A stretch of DNA of 63,019 bases, filler included, from Chrysochromulina tobinii (Eukaryota), in the NCBI GenBank assembly GCA_001275005.1. It is 6 parts of 6 records of this genome, joined end to end, with 100 filler letters (N's around TTAATTAATTAA, not from the genome) between each part and the next. Parts side by side here need not be neighbours in the genome. Positions count along the whole stretch, not along the records: positions 54,568 to 60,313 come from JWZX01001018.1; positions 60,414 to 63,019 come from JWZX01001031.1; 4 more parts are not named here. The stretch is one strand, 5' to 3'. Positions 54,568-63,019 of this stretch are shown one piece after another. Below the pieces are notes generated by a model. That model saw only the letters and a program-made list of their open reading frames with translations, ran no database searches and was not told where the DNA came from. The stretch's first letter is position 1. Each line of letters opens with the position of its first letter. A program made the position numbers and the translations under genes.

Positions 54568-57500
54568 CCCCTCCTCCCCCTCCTCCCCCTCCTCCTGCCG
54601 CGCACTCGCCCTCTGCTTCTTTGCGGGTAGCTCACTGTCTGGGCTGGGCAGCAGATGGGAGTAGCCCTGTCTTGTCGCCCATTCTTCAAAGGCAGGGTCA
54701 GATCCAGCGCGGTATGAAGAGTCAGCTCCAGCGCGGCACGAAGGAAAGGATCCGCCACTGATGGCACCGCCCATCCCAACGCTGCTGCTCGAAGACGGGA
54801 ACCCACCTCCAGAGGCACCTCGAGCTGCATCAACCTTGGCCATCACTCCGAAGATGCCACAAGTCTCTGCTATCCCGCCCGCCCCGCCTAGCAGGCTGTT
54901 GCTCCCAAACCAACCCGATGTGCTATGTGAGTATGTGTTCTGCGGATTCTCGTGGTGCATGGCCTCTCCAACTTGCCGACCGCCAAGCTTGTATAGCGCA
55001 GCGGCAAGCTCAGGGTCTTTCTCTCTTGCCCTCTTTCCTGCTTGGAGCAATTCACCACCTAGCTTCGCCTGCTCCGGGTTCATCGGGGTCTTGCCCTTCG
55101 GCGGCACGTGCACGCGCTCGCCTTGCACGGGCATTTGCGACCGCGGGGAGAAGGAACCGTCCGCGAACGCAGTGCGGTGTGACCTGCCCGGTGGTCCGCT
55201 CGGTGGTCCGCTCGGGACGCTGACACTGCTTCTCGCCGACTGCATGTAGTACATCATATCTACCGTTGGGCTGCATGGGTACACGTTCTTGTCTTGCACG
55301 TCTACAATCTTGCCAACTTGCCCTCCAACCCGTGAACCGGTCTCGATCCGCACCGTCCCTCGGTCGTTGCTCCAATCGACGATTATGCCGTTTTGCCCGT
55401 TGTAAATACAGTCAGCCCCGTACAAGCCTCCAACTTGCACGCGCTCGCCTTGCATGAGACCGTCCGGCGGTGGCGGCTGCTGCAGCTCTGGCGGTGGCGG
55501 CTGCTGCGGCGGAAGCGCCAGTGCTTGTTGCAGCTCATCGTCGTCGTCAGTCATTCTCTGTTCCATGTCGTCAGGAATCTCCTCATATGACCCAGGTCTC
55601 CCATCCCGTCTCATGATATGACGAAAATGCTCGACGTTGTGGTCGAGACTAAGGCTCTGCGGCCGAGCCGCCGGCAAGCACCACTCCTCTCTGCCGAAGA
55701 GAGGCTCCTCGGTGCCCTGCAGCGCTCTGAGAACATGGCAGCTGACTCGCTTCTTCTCACCTAGGAGCACAACGTGGATCCAGAGCCTATCTTGATCGGT
55801 GTTGACCATTTGCAGAGCACGCAGGCCACACGGATCTTCACGGAGCAGGCTGTGAGCCCTCACACGAAGAGCATCTCGCATTCCAGGGTCGACCAATGCG
55901 TCGAACGCCCGCTGCTTATCATCAGCGGGCGTGTATCGAGGGCCAATCATGCCTTGGACCGCCGCCTCACGCACATTCCCTTCCGAGTCTTCGAGCCTTG
56001 CGACGATCGCGGGCGCGTGCTGAGAGAGCGTCGCCGCATCCAGCTTGCCAAGAGTCGAGACCGCCGCCTCACGCACATTCCCTTCCGAGTCCTCGAGCCT
56101 TGCGACGATCGCGGGCGCGTGCTGAGCGAGCGTCGCCGCATCCAGCTTGCCAAGAGTCGAGACCGCCGCCCTACGCACATCCCGATCGGAGTCCTCGAGC
56201 CTTGCGAGCAGCTCGGCCTGACTCGGCACAGGGCTGGCCAGCGCCCCAGCGCCGTCTTGCAATGCCTCCGACGCCGCTTCGTGCGTCTTGCGCACGCAGT
56301 CCTCGATGCCATCTCGATCATCTAGCCGTGCCACATGATCTCCGAGCTTGCAGCACCGAATGCCCTCGTCTAGGAGCGGTGCGCAACGCTGCCGCGCGAG
56401 CTGAAAGAGCGCATGCGCCGCAACTGGATGCATCAGCAACACGAGCAGGACCGACCCGCCACGCTTCCACACCATGTCGATGTCATCCACACCGACACCA
56501 GAAGGCCAGACGCTTGACTCTGTCAGCTCCTTCACTTTGGCCTCGATGATGTCCTCGACGGATGAGGTGCTGCTGCTATCACTTGGTGTCTCGGAGCCAA
56601 GGGTGACGACCATACTATCATCCCGAAGCGACGGGCTGATCGCGATTAATATTTCGCAGTTGCGGGTGCCCACCCGCGCCATCCGCCTCCTTCCAGGATG
56701 GTAGAGCTCGATCTGTACGAGTCGATAATCACCTTTGCAGATCTCGTCATCCAACAGCCCGGCCAGCACTTTACGCAGCCTCAGTACGCGCGCATCGTCA
56801 AAGGCGGAGATGTCTCCTTCAATGCACAGCGTGATCATCTCATGCGGTATCTTCGACGGCGATGTCAACGTGGTGCTGGTGCCGTCGGTGCTGGTGCCGG
56901 CGCCGGTGCCGGGGGTGTTATGGAGTAACATAGCTTGAGACAGCCAGTGCTTCGTAATCGGCTGGGCTCCAGGCATGTCGACGGGAGCTGGCAGGTGATA
57001 CGTCGCCATGGATTGCTGCAGCAAGTACTGCTTCAGAGCGGCTGCCTGCATGTCGATGGACGCGAGCTCAGCCTGACAATGTTGTGCCTTCCAGCTCTCT
57101 GATGCCGCCAGCTTGATGGTTTCCGCCGCCTGCTGCACATCAACTGCACTTGAGCTCGCAGCCGATGCGGCACAGGTGGCCCTATCGGCAGAGCTAGTCG
57201 CATCGACTGCGGCAGCATTCGCGCCCATGGTATGCAGAGCCGCATCTTGCTCGTGCCCGCGCGCCTCGGCCGCTGCTGCGCGTGCCTCATCCCGAGCCGC
57301 CAATCCTTGCTCCGCGTTGTGCATGGGGCGGCTCTCCAGCTGCCCTCGGAGACGTTCGCGAGCAGGTCGTCCGATGGGCTCGCACTGGATGTGATCGAGG
57401 ACCGCCCTCAAGGGCTTCTCCAGAGCCTCAATGGGCCGTGCCTTGCCATTTGGCCCCAAGTCCCCCCGAACACTGTGCACCGCCCAGCCGACCACAGCCC

Positions 57501-58290
57501 CGCTCGATGCGTTGACGACCGGCCCGCCGCTGTGTCCCGAGTAGATCGTCACCCCCAATTTGAGCCAAGCTCCAGAAATGTCTTTCTCGAAGCGGCCAGC
57601 GTAGTGTCCACGACAAGTGGTGGACGTGCGCTCAGCACCGAAGCCCATATCATTTCCTCCCTGGTGGCTGCCCTGCCCGTACCCAAGCAGCACGAGTTCG
57701 TGGCCCTCGACAAGCTCAGGTTCTGACGTGCGGCCCAGAGGCAGTGCGCCAGCAGGCTCACCGTCTCGATGCCATGGAAGCTCAGATGCGAGCCCTTGGA
57801 GCGGCCCACCCGTCCACTCACACAGCTGGAGAATGGCAAGGTCGATCCTCTCGTCGTTGTACACGATCATCTCTCGGGCTTCGGCAGCAGCAGACCAGGT
57901 CGATGGGATCGGGTGGGGATACCTGGGCTCGAGAGGCGGCTGGCTAACAAGCAGCAGCTTTGCGCGTCGAACCCAACGCACTCTCTCACCGATGCCGACG
58001 CCAATGGCAACGCCGTGATCCTTCGGGTCCAAAGGCGATGCGTGGAAACAATCGATAGCGACGTGGGCGCAGGTGCACAAGAGCCCACGATCCAGATCAA
58101 CTATCCAGCCGCTACCAATGAGAGCATTATCATCGGGTGCAAGGCTCTTCCGCACACCAATTGCCACCACGCCGCGCTGCCAGTGAGGTACAGTTGAGGA
58201 CATGAGCCGAGGTTCCCCCTTGTGCGGAACTCCACTGCAGAACTCCGTGGGCCTCCTGTGGAGCTCCGACGCGGGGTGATAGGCCGCCAT
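54568..58290 (-). CDS. Multidomain protein: trypsin-like serine peptidase + Ala-rich coil + TRADD-N-like domain + HEAT repeats + unknown domain + SH3/KOW-like segment (C-terminus truncated)
   Basis: Triad motifs TCAHV, DLAIL, GHSGGPVV. 34-aa HEAT repeats (ARLEDSEGNVREAAVSTLGKL). First in-frame ATG at 58290. Confidence 0.75.
55957..56207 (-). repeat. 102-bp coding tandem repeat (~2.5 copies, HEAT)
   Basis: Units start at 55957, 56059 and 56161 on the + strand and are nearly identical in nucleotide sequence. Confidence 0.9.
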
Positions 58291-58735
58291 CTCTTGGTCC
58301 GCCACGGCAGCGATGTGAGTTGTCGGTACTCCATGGCAGATCGCGCTGTGTTGGGCACGGTGTACAATTGTATTCGATGACCCAGGACGGCTTCGACCGT
58401 AAGTCGTGACGACGTCGACGACGACGCAACAATTCAATTCAATTCAATTCAAGTCGCAATTAACAATCGCACCTCGCGACCGGCCGCTATAAAACAGCCC
58501 CGCGCCACTCCGCCACACCACGAGACCTCGAGACAATCACAGTGGATCACCGGTACCGGGTACCGTGCACTGTGCACACATCTCTGGTGGATGGCACCCC
58601 CATGGCAGCGGTCCACTCCCCTCTACAAACAGCCGCGCGGGCTGACCAATATCCATGAATACCCTCGAGCCTCGAGATCAGTCATCAGATGTGGAGGGCA
58701 TGCGTGGCTCAGGTGAGGCTGACGCTACCCTACCC

Positions 58736-60109
58736 TTACTCCTCATCAAGCGCGCGCAGCGTCTCTCGATATTGAGCCAGCTCGGCGCGCACGCGTGCGA
58801 GGCGTGCTGCAAACTCCTCTCGCGCCTGCCCCCTTGAAGTAGGTGCTTGGTCCACCGCGCTCAGACTTCGGTAGCTACCTTCGTCGTCGGGCGTCAGAAG
58901 ACGCTCCCAAATGCTCCAAATCTGGTCGAAATCCAATTCCAAGAGATCGTCAGTTGACATGTCCGACTCGGTGAATGTCATCATCATTTGGTTGGCCTCC
59001 GCGGAGCCATTTCGTAGAATCTTCGGCCTAGGTTCGAGGCAGCCGGGTATCTCCTCATAGTCGTCCGGCCCAGCCTGACTCATGACATGACGAAAGCACT
59101 CGACGTTGTGTTCGATGCCATTATTCCTCAGCAGACTCTTATTCGGCAAGCACCACTCCTCTCTGCCGAAGTCGCTACCCTGCAGCGCTTTGAGTACGCG
59201 GTAGCTGACTCGCTGCTTGTCCGGCTGGAGTACAACGTGGATCCACAGCCGTATCTCTGTTTTCCGCTCTGGATCAACGGTCGAAATTTCGACCATTTGC
59301 AGCGCACGCAGGAAACAAGGATTAGCATCGAGCAGCTTGCGCGCTCTTTGACGAAGAGCATCTCGCATTCCAGGGTCAACCCATGCGTCGAACGCCCGCT
59401 GCTTATCATCAGCGGGCATGTACCGTGGCCCTGGGCCAGGAATCACGTTCATGACTGGGCTGTGATCGACCGCGCGCTTGGAACTTGCGGGCGCGGGAGC
59501 GGGCGGATGACTTGGCATCCCCCCCGAGCGGGCGCTGCTCCACATCTCTTGGTCCGCCTTGGCAGCGATGTGAGCTGCCATGTTATCTGCCGCAATGTCC
59601 GGAGCGAGCACGCCGTAATCGATGCCGGCGTCGTGTGCGCCAGGGGCGGTGACCGGCGGCGGCGGCTGCATCTCGCGTCGGCGCAGGGACGGCTGTGAAT
59701 CGTGATGCCATTCGCTAGCAGCAGCACCCTCTGCTGACGTTTGGGCAGCTTTGAGCGACCTAGGAGGGGGCGACGGATATTCGCCCGTTGGCACAACGAT
59801 TAGAAGATCATCTGTGGAGATCTCCTCGAGGGCGTCCATCTCGACGCGGCCCGCCTTGGAGTCCATAAGAAGAATGATGTCGTGGCCGTCACTGCTCTCG
59901 ATACCCAACTTTTCAGCGCACCGTGCCTTGAAGGCTGCAAACGATGCATCCGCACCCAGCATCACGACCTTTGATTGAGCACCATCCGCAGCCAGCCGCA
60001 CAAAGCACCGAGCCGCCATGGCAAAAGTGGGCCGAAAACTTGGCCCCCCCCCCGAGCGGGCGCTGCTCCACATCTCTTGGTCCGCCTTGGCAGCGATGTG
60101 AGTTGCCAT
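58736..60109 (-). CDS. Protein with a ubiquitin-like (KHA/PB1-like) domain, the unknown domain shared with the neighbouring protease, and a C-terminal coiled-coil
   Basis: SKVVML..ASFAAFKARCAEKLGI...EMDALEEISTDDLLIVV; GPRY.PADDKQRAFDA.VDPGMRDALR...FGREEWCLP. Start uncertain. Confidence 0.65.
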   Translation of the reverse strand: MATHIAAKADQEMWSSARSGGGPSFRPTFAMAARCFVRLAADGAQSKVVMLGADASFAAFKARCAEKLGIESSDGHDIILLMDSKAGRVEMDALEEISTDDLLIVVPTGEYPSPPPRSLKAAQTSAEGAAASEWHHDSQPSLRRREMQPPPPVTAPGAHDAGIDYGVLAPDIAADNMAAHIAAKADQEMWSSARSGGMPSHPPAPAPASSKRAVDHSPVMNVIPGPGPRYMPADDKQRAFDAWVDPGMRDALRQRARKLLDANPCFLRALQMVEISTVDPERKTEIRLWIHVVLQPDKQRVSYRVLKALQGSDFGREEWCLPNKSLLRNNGIEHNVECFRHVMSQAGPDDYEEIPGCLEPRPKILRNGSAEANQMMMTFTESDMSTDDLLELDFDQIWSIWERLLTPDDEGSYRSLSAVDQAPTSRGQAREEFAARLARVRAELAQYRETLRALDEE

Positions 60110-60313
60110 GTTATCTGCCGCAATGTCCGGAGCGAGCACGCCGTAATCGATGCTCTGAGCCGTCTGCACTTGCACTTGCAGCGCGCGAGCGATTTGCTGC
60201 CCGACGAAGGGGTGTGGCGCTGCGTATTTCAGTGAGTCCGCTTTCGTAAGAAACTGCGATGCACGTGTTCACAGCTTGGACACTTACACTGAGCCTTCGC
60301 TTCTCGCAGCTAA

Positions 60314-60413
60314 NNNNNNNNNNNNNNNNNNNNNNNNNNNNNNNNNNNNNNNNNNNNTTAATTAATTAANNNNNNNNNNNNNNNNNNNNNNNNNNNNNNN
60401 NNNNNNNNNNNNN
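60314..60413. other. Artificial contig linker
   Basis: N44-TTAATTAATTAA-N44. Confidence 0.98.
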
Positions 60414-60512
60414 GGGGGATTGGGGGAGAGAAAGAGGGGACATAAACGCCTCGACTGAAGAGCTCGAGGCCGGTCGGCGCCGCATCGCGCTCAAGCATGT
60501 AGAGGGTATGTA

Positions 60513-60657
60513 GAGGGAGCACGATGGGATCAATCCGGCTGCGCAAGCGCTGCTAGTCCCCCGGTAGTAACAAGTGGTCGGCCGCAGCCAGTGAAGCCAA
60601 TGAGGGAGCACGTTGGGATCAATCCGGCTGCGCAAGCGCTGCTAGTCCCCCGGTAGT
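60513..60657. repeat. Two 56-bp direct repeats separated by 33 nt
   Basis: 60513-60568 and 60602-60657, one mismatch. The second copy abuts the stop codon of ORF 60658..63009. Confidence 0.9.
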
Positions 60658-63019
60658 TCATGTCGCCTTGTAGCCGTACTTGTTCGGCTTGCGCCGCCCG
60701 GCCTTGAATTCCTTGGTCCCTCCGCGATGCCCGCGCTTCTTGATGCCGCTTGTCGAGCCGCTGCCCCCCTCCGGACGCTGCATCGAGACGTTCTCGTCGC
60801 CCGCCGTCACCTCGTACTCGTCGTCACCCTCTGCCTCACACGCCGCCATCGACGCCTCCTGCTCGGCGCCGTCGACGCCCACACAGCCCGTGACGACGCC
60901 GTCGTCGCCGCCCTCGAGCGCTCGTGCAGCCCCGCTGCCGCTGCCGCCCGCGCCGACGTCGTCACGCATGGCACACCCTACAGACACCTTCTCTCTCTGC
61001 TGCTCCCTCTCTGCGACCTGCGCCTGCGCCGCCGCTGCGGCATCCATGCTACTCGCAAGCACGTCATGCGCATCACCAAACATCATGTCACTCATGCACT
61101 CAACGTCCTCTCTCGTCGCGCTCGACTCGCCCGAGAGCTCGTCATCCATCTCAAGCCCGCACGCTGCCCATCTTGCCGCGAGTGCCCTCGGGCTCTCTGC
61201 CATCGGCGCGTCGGGCCAGGCAGATCGTCGCACTGCCTCCTCATCGTAGTCCTCATCATCATCGCCCATCTGCGGCAGGTCGTACTGTTGGGTCGCATGC
61301 CAGGTTGGCGCTCGGCGCACCGCCTCGTCGGCCTCAGCATCATCCTCGTCGTCATCATGCGCCGCGCCGTAGCTCTGCGTCGCCTGTAGCGGTGGCGCTG
61401 GCGCATCGTCAGCATCCATATCGTCGGGATCGCTGCCGAGAAAAGCCCGCGCCGCGTCGACGCCGCCCTCGTCCATGCACTCGTCGGCGCAGTCCGTAGT
61501 CTGCGCTGTTCCCGCCGCCCCGCCGCCATCCGGCATCAACCACGCGCGCGCGCCCACCGCTGACGCCTCGCGCATCAGTAGCGCCGCCCGCTCGCGCCCT
61601 CCGTCGAGCAGCAACGCGCGCTCCTCCTCGTCAGGCTCCGCCAAATTCTCGAAACCACGCTCGATGCGCCGCTCGACCAGCTCGCCCAGCTCGCGCTCCT
61701 GCTCGAGTCGCGCGTACCTGAAGCTGCCCTCCTCCCTTGCGAGATCCGCCGCCGCCTTGGCGCTCGCGCGCCTGCTAGCCTGCGCCTCGTACCTGCTCTC
61801 TGCGGTGCCGTGCGTGCACGCGATCGTCTCGCCGCCCACGATGCGCACGAAGCGGCCCGGCCGCATCTCGTCGCTCTTGTGCCCAGCCTTGAAGTCGGCG
61901 AGGCCCATTGGCACGGCCACGCTGCCGTCAGTGGGATAGAAGGTGCCGCGCAGCTGCTCGTCGCAGACTCGCTCTTTGCCGCCCATGAAGTGGCTCAGAT
62001 AGTCCTTTCCGTATGCGCCGCGCAGCCCAGCGTGCCCGCGCCGCAGGAGGTCGACCCATGCGCTGTACTCGACGCGCAAGTGATCGATGACGACGGTGTT
62101 GAGCGCGATGGCCCTTTTGACGTACCACCGGTTGAAGTCGCGCCGAGCTCCGGCGCACTGCTCGTAGTCGAACTCGCCCGAAGGGCGCGCCTCCTCCCAC
62201 ACCTCCTCTCTCTCGTCGTCTTCGCCCTCGACCGCGTCGTCGTCCTCAGCAGCGCTCGGAACCGCGCCTGCGCGCAGGCTGTCCATGACGGCCTCCTTTA
62301 CTGAGGACGCCGCTGGCAGCGCAAAAGCACCAGCGAGTGCCTTGGCGGCCAGATATCTGCGGTATCGACCCAGCTCTCCCGGCTGCCGCTTTGCCAGCAT
62401 CGCGACCCTTGCCCAGGCAAGCTCGATATGCAGATCGCCCTCGCCCTCGCCACCTCCTGCGCGCGGTGCACAGAGCATGGTGGCGTGCTGCTCGAGAGCG
62501 CTGCAACACGCCACCCTAGCCGCGTCGCTCATGCCGTGTGAGCACTCAAAAAAGTGAAAGAGGTCGCACCGACACTCTTGATGACACGCCGAGCACTTGC
62601 ACAGCGGCAGCGTCTCACCCTCGACCTGCGAGCCGTCGTCGATGCCGTCGCCCAGCTCAGGCAGGACGCTCTGCGTGAAATTGCGCAACAAGTGCCGCAT
62701 GCCGACGCGCGTGTACTCGAACTGCCCGCCAAACCCGCCGCCCCTCTGCATCGCGAGCGGGCCCTGGATGCGCCGGTCGAAGATCTGCATGCCTCTCGTC
62801 GGGTCGAGCCCTTCGCCGCCGTAGTCGAAGAAGGGGGTAGCGTACAGTCTGCCCTCGATGAGCTCCGCCGATAACTCGCCGTCCGCGAAACAGCCCAACT
62901 CGTACTTCGCCTGCTCGAAAAGAGCCTTGGCCTGCTTGCACGTAGCATCCTCCAGAAGCTCTTCGCCGAGCCCAGCGTGCAGTGAGCCCCTGGACAAGAA
63001 GACGAGCACGTCGATCTCC
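60658..63019 (-). mobile_element. C-terminal part of a long ORF, probably a retroelement (LINE-like) protein
   Basis: Cys/His cluster CKCSACHQECRCDLFHFFEC resembling a LINE ORF2 C-terminal zinc knuckle, an acidic tract, a basic tail and 3' direct repeats. No RT domain within the window. Confidence 0.45.

Noticed and set aside
60513..60657. Repeat-spacer-repeat as a mini-CRISPR or hammerhead ribozyme
   Set aside because: Only two 56-bp copies. The nearby CTGAAGA lacks the GAAA needed for a hammerhead core.

Overview
High-GC, intron-containing eukaryotic genomic DNA. A haptophyte/prymnesiophyte alga is my inference from composition, gene content and intron style, and is not proven here. The window is six contigs joined by artificial 100-nt linkers (N44-TTAATTAATTAA-N44), so adjacency across linkers means nothing. 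Genes include a FAM166-like ciliary protein, a TfoX_N/ATL fusion, FANCM, a PDZ-containing pseudo-lipase, an inositol 5-phosphatase, a DUF1295 protein, a signal-peptide RelA/SpoT hydrolase, a KIF12-like kinesin, MIOS, a 2OG oxygenase, two NEK kinases, the start of beta-tubulin, EF-hand proteins, a WD40 protein, a type II thioesterase, RRM-TrmY, DPH2, a GH78 rhamnosidase, and a trypsin/HEAT protein with a partner gene. LTR-, LINE- and SINE-like elements are also present. The main leads are: (1) DPH2 is in frame with a downstream RRM-TrmY ORF across one UGA-CGG codon followed by a 16/17-bp hairpin, a candidate programmed readthrough fusion of two translation-modification enzymes. (2) A family of short introner-like elements with target-derived duplications forms spliceosomal introns in the GH78 gene and an in-frame antisense insertion in TrmY. 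(3) Two tandem genes share an unrecognised ~125-aa domain, one with trypsin/TRADD-N-like/HEAT domains and the other with a ubiquitin-like domain. (4) A TfoX-ATL fusion carries a CDCA7-like N-terminal helix. All domain calls are by-eye motif recognition and no searches were run.
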